DNA of 64,000 bases from an uncultured Clostridia bacterium. Lineage in GTDB: Bacteria > Bacillota > Clostridia > Oscillospirales > Acutalibacteraceae. The position numbers and the translations under genes are program-made. Every line of letters begins with the position of its first letter. The first letter of the stretch is position 1. The notes under the pieces are model-generated. The model was not told the origin of the DNA. It made no database searches and was given only the letters and a program-made list of their open reading frames with translations. The stretch lies in NCBI GenBank assembly GCA_945787805.1, contig CALZID010000004.1, positions 7,712 to 71,711 of the forward strand, written 5' to 3'. Positions 29,113 through 38,745 of the stretch are shown here, in pieces.

Positions 29113-31479
29113 TTATAAAGTTATTGTATAAGTTTTACCTTTTTCTGTGCTGAATTCTGCAAAGCCCTTTTCGCTTTTGCAAATTCCGTCAACAGAAAAT
29201 TCGGAATCGGCATAATATAATTTGCATTTGCCCCCCATATTTGAAGTGACTTGTGCGCTTGTGATTTTTCCGTTTTCCCACTCAATGTCAACCGTGAAAT
29301 TTCCGCGGGCAACAAGGCCTTTTATTTTACCCTTTTGCCATGCAGTCGGTAACGCAGGCAGCAGATGGATAAATCCGCAATGACTTTGCATAAGCATTTC
29401 ATTGACACCCGATGTAAATCCGAAATTACCGTCAATCTGGAACGGCGGATGAAAATCCCAAAAGTTTGTGTAAATTCCGTTTTTAAACAAGTCACCAATA
29501 ATTTTTAACACACGGTCACCGTCACCCACTCTTGCCCATGTATTGATTTTTTGCCCCATGGACCAACCTGTGCTTTTATCGGTTCTGTGATTCATTGACA
29601 CGATTGCGGCTTTTATTAAATCGGGATTTTGATACCAGTTAATCACATTGCAAGGGAAAAGTCCCAAAAGGTGCGACATGTGTCTATGATGCTTTTGACC
29701 GAATTCTCCAAGTTTAGTTTCGTGATACCACTCTTTAATCTGACCGTCTTCACCTATTTCATAGGGCTTGAGTTTTAACTGAATATCAGCCCATTTATCA
29801 CAAAATTCTGCATCAATATTTAGTTCTTTCGCACTCTTAATTGCGTCGTCATAAAGTTGCCACAAAAGTGCTTGCTCATAAGTGTTGCCCATTGTTCTCG
29901 GTCCGTGTTCAGGTGAAAAACAAGGATATGTCACAAGTCTGTCGTTATGCTCGACTAATAATTTGCTGAAATATTCGGCACATTCTTTTAGCATGGGGTA
30001 AACATCGGCACGAAGCGTATCTTTATCCAATGTGTATTCGTAATGCTCAAAACAGTTGTGCAAAATCCAAGGCATTGCCGCCGGTGACCAGCCCCAGTCA
30101 AACTGCCAACCGGGACAGGTCCAACCAAAGGGTGTGCATTGAGTGTGGAATAAAAATCCGTTTTGCTCACCCTCGCCGCTTTCAATACCCGTATAATATT
30201 TTGCGGTAATTCTGCCGGGGATTACCATTGACTTTATGTAACGGATTAAAGGCTTTGAACACTCTGCAAGATTTCCGTTAAATATGGGCCAATAGTTCAT
30301 TTGCAAATTTACATTTGTATGGAAGTCGCTGCTCCACATGGGATGATTGCTGCAATTCCATATACCTTGTAAATTTGACGGTAATACATCTGTTTCACGG
30401 GTTGAACCGATTGCGAGATATCTGCCGTATTGATATAAAAGCTGTTCCGCTGTTCTTTGCTTTGTGCCGGGACTTCTTGTGTATTTACGAAGAAGCATAT
30501 TGACATCTGTATAGTCACTTCCGTCAAGGTCGATTGATACTCGGTTGAAAAGTGACTTATAATCGTCTGTATGAGTTTTATAAAGCTCATCAAAGCTCTT
30601 TTGACTTGCAGCTTCAACAACACTTATCACACGCTTTTTAAGATTTTCTAAGCTTTCACCCGTTCTGTATGTGGGATATGTATCAATATAATCAGTATCC
30701 GCCGATAAGATGAAAATAACTTCTGTTGCATTTGTAATCATTTGAGTGTCACCCACGGTAACGCAATCACCGTCGGTTATGATTTTTGCATAAAGACAAT
30801 AGGCTAAACCGTTATCATCTAATTTTCCGGTATGAAGGATACCCTTTGAATATTCGATATTCCCACCGTGTTGGGTTGCAAGTTTATATTTTAAATCAAG
30901 TTTGCCACCGTCACGGGAGAATTTGATTATTGCGCATTTATCAGGGTATGAAACAAAGTATTCTCTTTTGTCGAAAACTTTTGTTTTGTTTTTGAGCTTC
31001 GCCGAATATGACACTGTACAACTGCCGTCACCCATATTGAGAGTGCGGTTATAGTCATAATATTTTTTTATGCCGTTAAACTCAAATTCAAGATTGCCCC
31101 AACATTGATAAGCGCCATAGCCGTCTTTTATTCCCACAAGCTTTTCGCACAATTCATGAGCTTTTTTATCGTTGCCCTTTTTAAATTCTTCATAAATTTC
31201 TCTGTGATAATCATAGGGCATTTTTCCGTCTTTATCGGGAGTTGTTATGTTACCACCGCAATAGTCGGGCCGATTTTTTGACGGTCCGCCCACCCACAAG
31301 GTTTTATGGTTAAGCACCAATTTATCACTTTTAACTTCACCGATTACAGTAAGACCGATGCTGCCGTTACCCAGCGGCAGAGCAGTCTGCTCCCAAGTGT
31401 TTTTAAACCCTGCGTAATATGGTTTTTTAAGTTTGAGTTTTGATGGTGGTTTTGCATAAATAAGTTTGTTTGTAATCAT
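29113..31479 (-). CDS. glycoside hydrolase family 95 (alpha-L-fucosidase-like)
   Basis: GH95 signatures LQGIWN, SSDFHTNVNLQMNYWP and GNFGFTSGVNEML. ATG at 31479 overlaps the GNAT stop (ATGA). Confidence 0.85.
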   Translation of the reverse strand: MITNKLIYAKPPSKLKLKKPYYAGFKNTWEQTALPLGNGSIGLTVIGEVKSDKLVLNHKTLWVGGPSKNRPDYCGGNITTPDKDGKMPYDYHREIYEEFKKGNDKKAHELCEKLVGIKDGYGAYQCWGNLEFEFNGIKKYYDYNRTLNMGDGSCTVSYSAKLKNKTKVFDKREYFVSYPDKCAIIKFSRDGGKLDLKYKLATQHGGNIEYSKGILHTGKLDDNGLAYCLYAKIITDGDCVTVGDTQMITNATEVIFILSADTDYIDTYPTYRTGESLENLKKRVISVVEAASQKSFDELYKTHTDDYKSLFNRVSIDLDGSDYTDVNMLLRKYTRSPGTKQRTAEQLLYQYGRYLAIGSTRETDVLPSNLQGIWNCSNHPMWSSDFHTNVNLQMNYWPIFNGNLAECSKPLIRYIKSMVIPGRITAKYYTGIESGEGEQNGFLFHTQCTPFGWTCPGWQFDWGWSPAAMPWILHNCFEHYEYTLDKDTLRADVYPMLKECAEYFSKLLVEHNDRLVTYPCFSPEHGPRTMGNTYEQALLWQLYDDAIKSAKELNIDAEFCDKWADIQLKLKPYEIGEDGQIKEWYHETKLGEFGQKHHRHMSHLLGLFPCNVINWYQNPDLIKAAIVSMNHRTDKSTGWSMGQKINTWARVGDGDRVLKIIGDLFKNGIYTNFWDFHPPFQIDGNFGFTSGVNEMLMQSHCGFIHLLPALPTAWQKGKIKGLVARGNFTVDIEWENGKITSAQVTSNMGGKCKLYYADSEFSVDGICKSEKGFAEFSTEKGKTYTITL

Positions 31480-31907
31480 AATATCATTTCCATATCTAAA
31501 TGCGGAATATTTTCTTCTGAATACTCGGGTGTTCCAACAAGTGAAAATCCGCACTTTTCATAAAATCCTACTGCGTGAGTTTGCGCACCGATAAAAACTT
31601 TCTCGGCACCGTCTTCTTTGGCTTTTCGCAACAGTTCAAGCACGGTCTTTTCACCCAAGTGCAATCCCCTTTTATCTTTTTTCACCGCAATTCTGCCAAG
31701 TTTTACAGTGTTTTCACCATAGGGAATAATTCTTCCCGTTGCCACTGCTTCACCGTCTTGAAAAACTACTAAATGGGGCACTTGCATATCGAAATCGTCA
31801 AATTCGGCATCTTCGTTGACACCCTGTTCTTTTACAAAAACATCAATTCTGATATTTCTAAATGATGAGTCTGTAACCCCTGCGGGAATCCATTTGTATT
31901 CTATCAT
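31476..31907 (-). CDS. GNAT family N-acetyltransferase
   Basis: Acetyl-CoA binding region RIAVKKDKRGLHLGEKTV...GFYEKCGF. ATG at 31907 follows AGGGTGA and lies 1 nt after the GH2 stop. Confidence 0.8.
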   Translation of the reverse strand: MIEYKWIPAGVTDSSFRNIRIDVFVKEQGVNEDAEFDDFDMQVPHLVVFQDGEAVATGRIIPYGENTVKLGRIAVKKDKRGLHLGEKTVLELLRKAKEDGAEKVFIGAQTHAVGFYEKCGFSLVGTPEYSEENIPHLDMEMIL

Positions 31908-31908
31908 T

Positions 31909-34900
31909 TTATTCACCCTTGAATGCAAAGCGGAATGAAATCGGCTTATCGGTCTTTACTCTGTATTTTTCAAGAGTATCGGGACCGCAAGTGTTTGTAC
32001 CCGTACCGCGCATAAATCCGTCAATGCACAAAACAGTTGAATTTGCAAATACAAGCTCTTCTTGATGTTTTGCATTATTGAGCGCTTTCTGTGTGTAATT
32101 ATGAGCAGAGAAGCTGAACTTCGGAACGCCGAAAACCGTGAATGTGTTGCCGCTTTCATTCGAGAGTTTCAGCCATTTAACACCGCCGCAGTTACCGTTA
32201 TCTTGCGGCATAACATAGGGCTCATGCATATCTTTTACGGTTGTTTTCCAAAGTCCTATATAAGCGTGGTCTTTAAGGTCGCAAAGATTTTCCATTTTTT
32301 CTTTTGAGCCTCTGCCGTAGAACTCGACAATACTGAAATCTGCCGGCAATTCCGTCATCAAACCGAAGCGCTGAATTTCATTGCTGCCGAAAAATGCCTT
32401 ATCAAGACTTGCTTCAACAGTTACAAGTCCGTCACCGGTAACTGTGTAAACAACATTTATATAGAAATAATTTTTGTGCGCTTTTTTAACCGTATATGAT
32501 GCGGCAATCGCTGCGCAATATGACTTATCTGCATAACTAAACTTTTTAAGCACCGTATCTGCTTCGTGAAGTTTAATTCTGTCCCAAGGTTTTTTGGGCG
32601 AACCGTAGGAGTCATTATCAAGTGACGCTCTCACAAGATTTGGTACAAAGCCTCTCTTGCCGTCGGCAGGATTGATGTTCATAAATTCGTAGCCGTTTTT
32701 GATATAGTTTATCATTTCGCCTGTTTTCTTATCAAATGCAACCTTGCCGTCGCTAAACTCGACAGTAAGAGTATTGTTGTTATCGCTGACATTAACTCTG
32801 CCAACGCTATTGATTTCGGGCAAAAAGCCGGCAGTATCGTTTATTGTGATTTGCTCGATTGCAACCTGATTTTCACCGTCGAAATATGTAATATTGATAT
32901 GGCTATCCTGCGAAGAATCACAGTCCACATAAGGTATTTCATATTTTTTAGTCTGCATAGGTTCAATATCAAGAGTCAATTCGCCTGACTTTTTAGGAGT
33001 ACCGTTAAGAGTTTGAGTCCATTCAACACGAAGATAGTTGGAATTCTTAAAACGGTTTGTGTTTGTAAATTCAAATACTTTTCCGCTGATACGACGGCTT
33101 CTGACAGGTCTGTAAACTGCCTTGATTACAAAAGCGCCCGTGTGGGGTGTTTTATCGGGATAAAGCATACCGTCAACGCAGAAGTTACTGTCATGCTTTT
33201 CTTCACCGTGGTCACCGCCGTAAGTATATCGGAATTTGTATTTATCGGTACCGTCGTGATAAACGGCGTGGTCAGCCCATTCCCATACGCAACCGCCCAT
33301 AAGGTTGTCATATTTATAAATACTATCCCAATATTCTTCCGCTCCGCCGGGGCCCACACCCATTGCGTGAACATATTCACACATAAAATAGGGCTTTTCG
33401 TGGTATTTTTTATCTTTTGCGGTTTGTGAACCGTATTTTGCAACATTTTCTTGGCTGGGATACATTTCGGAAATAACATCATAAGCAAAGCGCTTTGTAC
33501 GAATTGCGCCTTCATAATGAACGGGAATTTTTGAGCCTGAATTTTTTATGTAGTCATAACAAGAATCCTGGCAGTTATATCCCCCGGCTTCGTTGCCCAA
33601 TGACCACATAGTGATACACGGATGATTTCTGTCACGGCACACCATTCGGCTGACTCTGTCAACATATCTGTTTTCCCACTTTAAGTCGTGGCTGATAATA
33701 TCATTATCATAAGGGACTTTTATATCCCCTGCTCCGTGAGTTTCGATATCCGCTTCGTCCACAATATAGAAGCCCATAATATCTGCCAAGGTTAAAAGAG
33801 TCGGGTCGGGCGGATAGTGAGATGTGCGAATAGCATTTACATTAAACTTCTTCATAAGCTCTAATTCGGCTTTAATCTCTTCACCTTTAAGCACATAGCC
33901 GTTATACATATTTGTATCGTGGTGGTTTACACCTTTAAACTTTATCGGTCTGTCATTGAAATAGAACACATTACCTTTGATTTCAACGGTTTTGAAGCCT
34001 GTAATATTTTTAGCAAATGTTTTATTGCCCTGTGCGTCTTCTAAACTGACATAAAGGTCATAGGTATATGGCTCTTCTGCGTTCCATTCTTTGACTTGAA
34101 GATTTGAAAATGTAATTGTATCTTTTGCTTTTGCATCGGCAGTTTCACTTGCTATAAGAGTATCGCCGTCATAAAGCTCTGCGCCGATTGAACAGTCATC
34201 TTTATCACCTTTGATTTTGAATGATACTGACAAATCATAAGTTGTGCCTTTTCTCTCGGTATCAACAACGAAATCGTAAAGATAGGTTTTATTGAGTTCG
34301 GTTAAAAGCACATCACGAAAAATTCCGTTTTCACGGAACATATCCTGACATTCAAGGTAGGTGCCTGTTGACCATTTGCTGACTGCTGCAATAAGTTCAT
34401 TTTCGCCTTCGACAAGATATTTTGTAATATCAAATTCCGCTGAATTGTGAGCACCTTCGCTATAACCTACAAAAGTGCCGTTGACATATAAATCAAGTGA
34501 CGAAATTACACCTAAAAATGTAATGATATATGTCTTTTCAAGATTATCAATGTTTATAATCTTTCTGTAAATACCCATTGGTACATCTTGGGGCATTTCA
34601 GGGTAAAGCTTTGGATTAAATTCGTAACGGGTATTAAGATAGCAAGGCTCACGGTAGCCTGTTCTTTGCCAGGTGCTTGGAACATTCACCTTGTCAAACT
34701 GAATTCTTTCACTGAAAAATTCATTTGGGATAAGCATATCCTTTTCATAATATTTAAAATCCCACTCTCCGTTAAGAAGCTTCACCATGTCACTGTTATA
34801 GCGTTCGGTGAGCACATTTTGTTTTACTAAATTCTCTTTTGAAGAATACGGAACAAAGTATGCCCGTGGGGATAATTTGTTGATTTCGGCAACATCAAAC

Positions 34901-34935
34901 TGTCTGAAATTTGCTCTGTTGATTAAATATCTCAT
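31909..34935 (-). CDS. glycoside hydrolase family 2 beta-galactosidase
   Basis: 1008 aa, LacZ-like. Motifs include NAIRTSHYP, WSLGNEAG and EYVHAMG, plus a C-terminal small-chain domain. Confidence 0.9.
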   Translation of the reverse strand: MRYLINRANFRQFDVAEINKLSPRAYFVPYSSKENLVKQNVLTERYNSDMVKLLNGEWDFKYYEKDMLIPNEFFSERIQFDKVNVPSTWQRTGYREPCYLNTRYEFNPKLYPEMPQDVPMGIYRKIINIDNLEKTYIITFLGVISSLDLYVNGTFVGYSEGAHNSAEFDITKYLVEGENELIAAVSKWSTGTYLECQDMFRENGIFRDVLLTELNKTYLYDFVVDTERKGTTYDLSVSFKIKGDKDDCSIGAELYDGDTLIASETADAKAKDTITFSNLQVKEWNAEEPYTYDLYVSLEDAQGNKTFAKNITGFKTVEIKGNVFYFNDRPIKFKGVNHHDTNMYNGYVLKGEEIKAELELMKKFNVNAIRTSHYPPDPTLLTLADIMGFYIVDEADIETHGAGDIKVPYDNDIISHDLKWENRYVDRVSRMVCRDRNHPCITMWSLGNEAGGYNCQDSCYDYIKNSGSKIPVHYEGAIRTKRFAYDVISEMYPSQENVAKYGSQTAKDKKYHEKPYFMCEYVHAMGVGPGGAEEYWDSIYKYDNLMGGCVWEWADHAVYHDGTDKYKFRYTYGGDHGEEKHDSNFCVDGMLYPDKTPHTGAFVIKAVYRPVRSRRISGKVFEFTNTNRFKNSNYLRVEWTQTLNGTPKKSGELTLDIEPMQTKKYEIPYVDCDSSQDSHINITYFDGENQVAIEQITINDTAGFLPEINSVGRVNVSDNNNTLTVEFSDGKVAFDKKTGEMINYIKNGYEFMNINPADGKRGFVPNLVRASLDNDSYGSPKKPWDRIKLHEADTVLKKFSYADKSYCAAIAASYTVKKAHKNYFYINVVYTVTGDGLVTVEASLDKAFFGSNEIQRFGLMTELPADFSIVEFYGRGSKEKMENLCDLKDHAYIGLWKTTVKDMHEPYVMPQDNGNCGGVKWLKLSNESGNTFTVFGVPKFSFSAHNYTQKALNNAKHQEELVFANSTVLCIDGFMRGTGTNTCGPDTLEKYRVKTDKPISFRFAFKGE

Positions 34936-35101
34936 AATAAGCCTCCGCTAATCATAATATATAAGTTTAATATACCATATAAGTAATAATTTTACAACAA
35001 ATAAAAAAATATATTTCTCTCTTTAAAATGTTGACACAAAAGCAACTCTGTGTTATTATATTAGCAAAATTTGTATTATTTAAGACAAAAAGGCAATAAA
35101 A

Positions 35102-35749
35102 ATGACAAAATCGACTTTAATCAGTGCATTGACTTATCTTAAAAAAGCCAATATTTTTAAAGATGCCGATGAAACACTTTTAACCGGTGTTTTAAAAGAC
35201 TATGGAAAATCTGTTTCATATTGTAAAAACGACATTGTTTTTTCAAGTGAAAGCTATTCTCCCGTCATTTGCATTATCATCAAAGGTGAAGCGAGAGTCA
35301 GTAAAGGCGATACTGTTATTTCGCATATTAAAGACGGTGATATTTTCGGTGCGGCATTTTTGTATAATCAAAATTACCGTTTTCAGAACACCGTTACTGC
35401 AATAACACCCTTGAAAGTTGTAATTATTGAAAAAAGCGGAATAGACAAGCTTATTCAAAATGACACTTCTGTTTCTTTCAATTATATCAGTTATCTTTCC
35501 GAAAGAATCGGTTTTCTCAATTCTAAAATCGAAGGCTATACACAGTCTTCCGCCGAAGAAAAGCTATTGCTTTATCTTCAAAAAAACTGCGATGATACCG
35601 ACGGAAAATGTGAAATATCCGTTTCAATGACAGAGTTATCCCGCGTTTTGCACATTAGCCGTGCAAGTCTTTACAGAGTTATTGAAGCTCTTGAACAGCA
35701 AGGAAAAATCTGCCGTGACGGTAAAAAAATATATTTAAAAAGGATATGA
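35102..35749 (+). CDS. Crp/Fnr family transcriptional regulator
   Basis: N-terminal cNMP-binding-like beta-barrel and a C-terminal HTH (MTELSRVLHISRASLYRVI). Confidence 0.85.
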   Translation: MTKSTLISALTYLKKANIFKDADETLLTGVLKDYGKSVSYCKNDIVFSSESYSPVICIIIKGEARVSKGDTVISHIKDGDIFGAAFLYNQNYRFQNTVTAITPLKVVIIEKSGIDKLIQNDTSVSFNYISYLSERIGFLNSKIEGYTQSSAEEKLLLYLQKNCDDTDGKCEISVSMTELSRVLHISRASLYRVIEALEQQGKICRDGKKIYLKRI

Positions 35750-36753
35750 TGAAAATGAAAAAAGCTATCTCATTACTTCTTGTATTCGCAATTCTCTTTG
35801 CATTTGCGGCTTGCGGTACAACAAACGATGAGGACAATACCGAAACAGCAACAGAGTCTCCCTATCAGAGCATCACAATGAAAGTTGCGGGGCTTGCAGG
35901 TCCAACCGGTATCGGTATGGTTAATCTTATGAAAGCTCAAGACGATAAAACCGCAAAGAATGACTATCAGTTTTCGGTAGTCAGCGACCCCACCGAAATT
36001 GTTGCGGGTATGACAAACAGTTCTTATGATATTGCGGCTTGCCCCATTAACCTTGCGGCTACTCTTTATAACAAGCTTGAAGGCAATATTCAGGTGCTTT
36101 CGGTTAATACAAAGGGTGTGCTTTATATTCTTGAAAACGGCAACTTGGTAAACTCACTCGCCGACCTTGCAGGCAAAAAGCTTTATGCAACAGGTCAAGG
36201 CTCAACTCCTGAATATATTCTCAACTATCTTCTCGAAAAAAGCGGTATCACCGACAAGGTTACGGTTGAATATGTTGCTTCACACGATGAATTGGCAACG
36301 CTTGCGGCATCGGGTAAGGCTACAATTTCAATGCTACCCGAACCGAAGGTTACTGCGGCACTCTCACAGAATACCGACCTGAGAATTGCACTTAATCTCA
36401 CTGAAGAATTTGAAAAAATCAGCGGTCAAACTCTTATTCAAGGTGTTGTTATTGCTAAAAAAGATTTCGTAGAGCAAAACCCCGAAGCTGTTAAAATGTT
36501 CTTGAAAGAATATGAAGCATCAATAAATGCTGCCAATACCGACATTGAAACAACATCCGCACTTTGTGAACAATACGGTATTATTCCAAAGGCGGCTGTC
36601 GCTAAAAAAGCTATTCCAAATTGCAATATAGCATTTATTGACGGTGCAGATATGAAAGCATCAATTTCTGCAAACCTTCAAATTTTCTTTGATGCAAATC
36701 CAAAATCTATCGGAGGCAAGTTACCGGGTGATGACTTCTATTTCGGAGCATAA
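35746..36753 (+). CDS. ABC transporter substrate-binding lipoprotein (NMT1/SsuA/TauA-like)
   Basis: Signal peptide with lipobox LFAFAACG. Periplasmic-binding fold similar to NitT/TauT-family SBPs. The start overlaps the regulator stop (ATGA). Confidence 0.75.
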   Translation: MMKMKKAISLLLVFAILFAFAACGTTNDEDNTETATESPYQSITMKVAGLAGPTGIGMVNLMKAQDDKTAKNDYQFSVVSDPTEIVAGMTNSSYDIAACPINLAATLYNKLEGNIQVLSVNTKGVLYILENGNLVNSLADLAGKKLYATGQGSTPEYILNYLLEKSGITDKVTVEYVASHDELATLAASGKATISMLPEPKVTAALSQNTDLRIALNLTEEFEKISGQTLIQGVVIAKKDFVEQNPEAVKMFLKEYEASINAANTDIETTSALCEQYGIIPKAAVAKKAIPNCNIAFIDGADMKASISANLQIFFDANPKSIGGKLPGDDFYFGA

Positions 36754-36778
36754 TAAAAAGGTAACAATTAAAAAGTTT

Positions 36779-37543
36779 ATGAAAACAGCCCTGACCATTG
36801 TCTTTTGGTTAGGGCTTTGGTTCTGTGCATATAAAATTGTGGGGCTTGATGTTTTAATTGCATCCCCCATTGATGTTGCAAAAAGGTTGTTGGAATTTCT
36901 GCCTGACGGCAACTTTTGGCTGACTATTTTCAACTCTTTTAAAGGTATCTCACTCGGATATATTATCGGGGTATTTATGGGAAGTGTTTTCGGTATTATT
37001 ACGGCGTTTTCAAGCACATTAAACACTTTATTTAAGCCGTTTCTGACAGCAGTTAAGACAACTCCCGTTGTGTCTTTTATTATTCTTGCTCTTGTTTGGC
37101 TTCCAAAAGTCAGTGTTCCGATTTTTATTACAACTCTAATGGTTATGCCTATTGTTTGGGCTAATGTTACAAGCTCAATAGTGAATACCGATAAAGAGCT
37201 TATTGAAATGGCAAACGCATATAATTTCGGATTTTCAAAAAAAATGAAGCTTATATTTTTGCCGTCTGCCGTGCCCGCATTTGTCGCCGCCTGTAAAACT
37301 GCGGTAGGTCTCGGCTGGAAAGCGGGTATTGCCGCAGAAGTGCTTTGTACTCCGCAGAATTCTATCGGTATCAACCTTAGAAACTCACAAGTATATATTG
37401 AAACTGTTGACCTTTTCTCATGGACGGTTGTTGTAATCGTTTTAAGTCTTATTCTTGAAAAATTGCTTGTTTCAATTCTTGATTTGTGTTTCAAAAAAGT
37501 TATGTCAAAGGGAGGTTATTTCATTGAAAATACAGATAAATAA
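36779..37543 (+). CDS. ABC transporter permease (NitT/TauT family)
   Basis: 6-TM BPD-type permease. ATG at 36779 lies after the SBP stop. The ORF-track extension overlapping the SBP gene was rejected. Confidence 0.8.
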   Translation: MKTALTIVFWLGLWFCAYKIVGLDVLIASPIDVAKRLLEFLPDGNFWLTIFNSFKGISLGYIIGVFMGSVFGIITAFSSTLNTLFKPFLTAVKTTPVVSFIILALVWLPKVSVPIFITTLMVMPIVWANVTSSIVNTDKELIEMANAYNFGFSKKMKLIFLPSAVPAFVAACKTAVGLGWKAGIAAEVLCTPQNSIGINLRNSQVYIETVDLFSWTVVVIVLSLILEKLLVSILDLCFKKVMSKGGYFIENTDK

Positions 37544-38081
37544 TCTCTGTAAAAAATACGGTGACAAGACAGTTTTTGAAAACTACACAAACACTTTTGA
37601 TTTTGAGGGAATACTGCTGATTAAAGGTGTTTCCGGACTTGGAAAAACTACACTTATGAGAATTATTGCAGGTCTCGAAAGAGCAGATAAAGGCGAAATT
37701 ATAAAAAGCGCCGATAAAATTTCTTTTATGTTTCAGGAAGACAGGCTCATCCCCTTTGTTTCGGTGCTGAAAAATCTGACGGCGGTTTGCGATGAAAAAA
37801 AGGCGCTTTATTATCTCAGCCTCATGGAGCTTGAAAACGAAAAAGACAGTTCTCCCCTATCTCTCAGCGGCGGTATGAGAAGACGGGTTTCCCTTGCCCG
37901 TGCGCTTTGTTATGACAGTGATTTGGTTATTCTTGACGAGCCCTTTAAAGGGCTGGACAAGGAATTGAAAATTAAAATTTGTGAAATTATAAAAAATGAA
38001 AGTGAAAAAAGAGATTCTATAATAATCAGCCACGATACGGAAGACGCAGAATTTTTGAATGCGAGAATAGTGGAAATGTAA
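37524..38081 (+). CDS. ABC transporter ATP-binding protein
   Basis: Walker A GVSGLGKTT, signature LSGGMRRR and Walker B LVILDEPF. TTG at 37524 follows GGGAGG. Confidence 0.85.
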   Translation: MKIQINNLCKKYGDKTVFENYTNTFDFEGILLIKGVSGLGKTTLMRIIAGLERADKGEIIKSADKISFMFQEDRLIPFVSVLKNLTAVCDEKKALYYLSLMELENEKDSSPLSLSGGMRRRVSLARALCYDSDLVILDEPFKGLDKELKIKICEIIKNESEKRDSIIISHDTEDAEFLNARIVEM

Positions 38082-38125
38082 GGAGTTGTAAAAAAACTTT
38101 AGTTTTTTTACAACCCCATTTTGTT
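38082..38125. terminator. hairpin terminator between convergent ABC and ANTAR genes
   Basis: GGAGTTGTAAAAAAA-N6-TTTTTTTACAACCCC (one mismatch), followed by ATTTTGTTTT. Confidence 0.55.
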
Positions 38126-38710
38126 TTATGAATATGTATTTATAATTGTTTCTGCCATTTCTCGTTTTGAAGTGCAACGGTCCATGGCTTGTTTTTCTAT
38201 ATAGCGGTGTGCTTCGGGCTCCGTCATGTGCAGTTCACTGACAAGAAGTATTTTAGCTCGGTTTACTATACGGATTTCTTCCATTCGTTCTTCAACCGAC
38301 AAGGTCTTCTTTTCTAATCTGCGAAGTCTTTCTCTTGCGCTTGCAAGCCAACTGAGTGCTTGCGACATAATAATCTTTGAAGTGGGCTTCGGCAAAGTAA
38401 ACACGCCGTAAGGAACAGCCTTGCTGTATGTCTCGGTATGTATTTCTGCACGAATAAGCAATAAAACCACCGTCGTCATTGAACGGCAGCAATCCACCGC
38501 AAAACGAGTGCCGTTATCGTCGGGCAAAGGTGAGTTAATTATAACAAAATCAAAGCTTCTATCGGCAAATTGCCGTTTTGCTTCACTGATATTTGATGTA
38601 AAACATACAGGTTGATATTGGGATGGCGGCAAAAGCTCACGAGCTGCAGTGTTAAAAGATTCTGATGCTGAAACCACAAGAACACTGTAAGCTCTGTCTT
38701 CTAAATTCAT
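38126..38710 (-). CDS. ANTAR-domain RNA-binding antiterminator with pseudo-receiver domain (NitR/AmiR-like)
   Basis: C-terminal ANTAR region EERMEEIRIVNRAKILLVSELHMTEPEAHRYIEKQAMDRCTSKREMAETI. The N-terminal REC-like fold lacks the acidic pocket (VLVVSASES). It has Asn where the phospho-Asp is expected (DFVIINSPLP). Confidence 0.85.
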   Translation of the reverse strand: MNLEDRAYSVLVVSASESFNTAARELLPPSQYQPVCFTSNISEAKRQFADRSFDFVIINSPLPDDNGTRFAVDCCRSMTTVVLLLIRAEIHTETYSKAVPYGVFTLPKPTSKIIMSQALSWLASARERLRRLEKKTLSVEERMEEIRIVNRAKILLVSELHMTEPEAHRYIEKQAMDRCTSKREMAETIINTYS

Positions 38711-38745
38711 TTGCTACCACCCCTTTCAAGTTAATATATCCTAAC

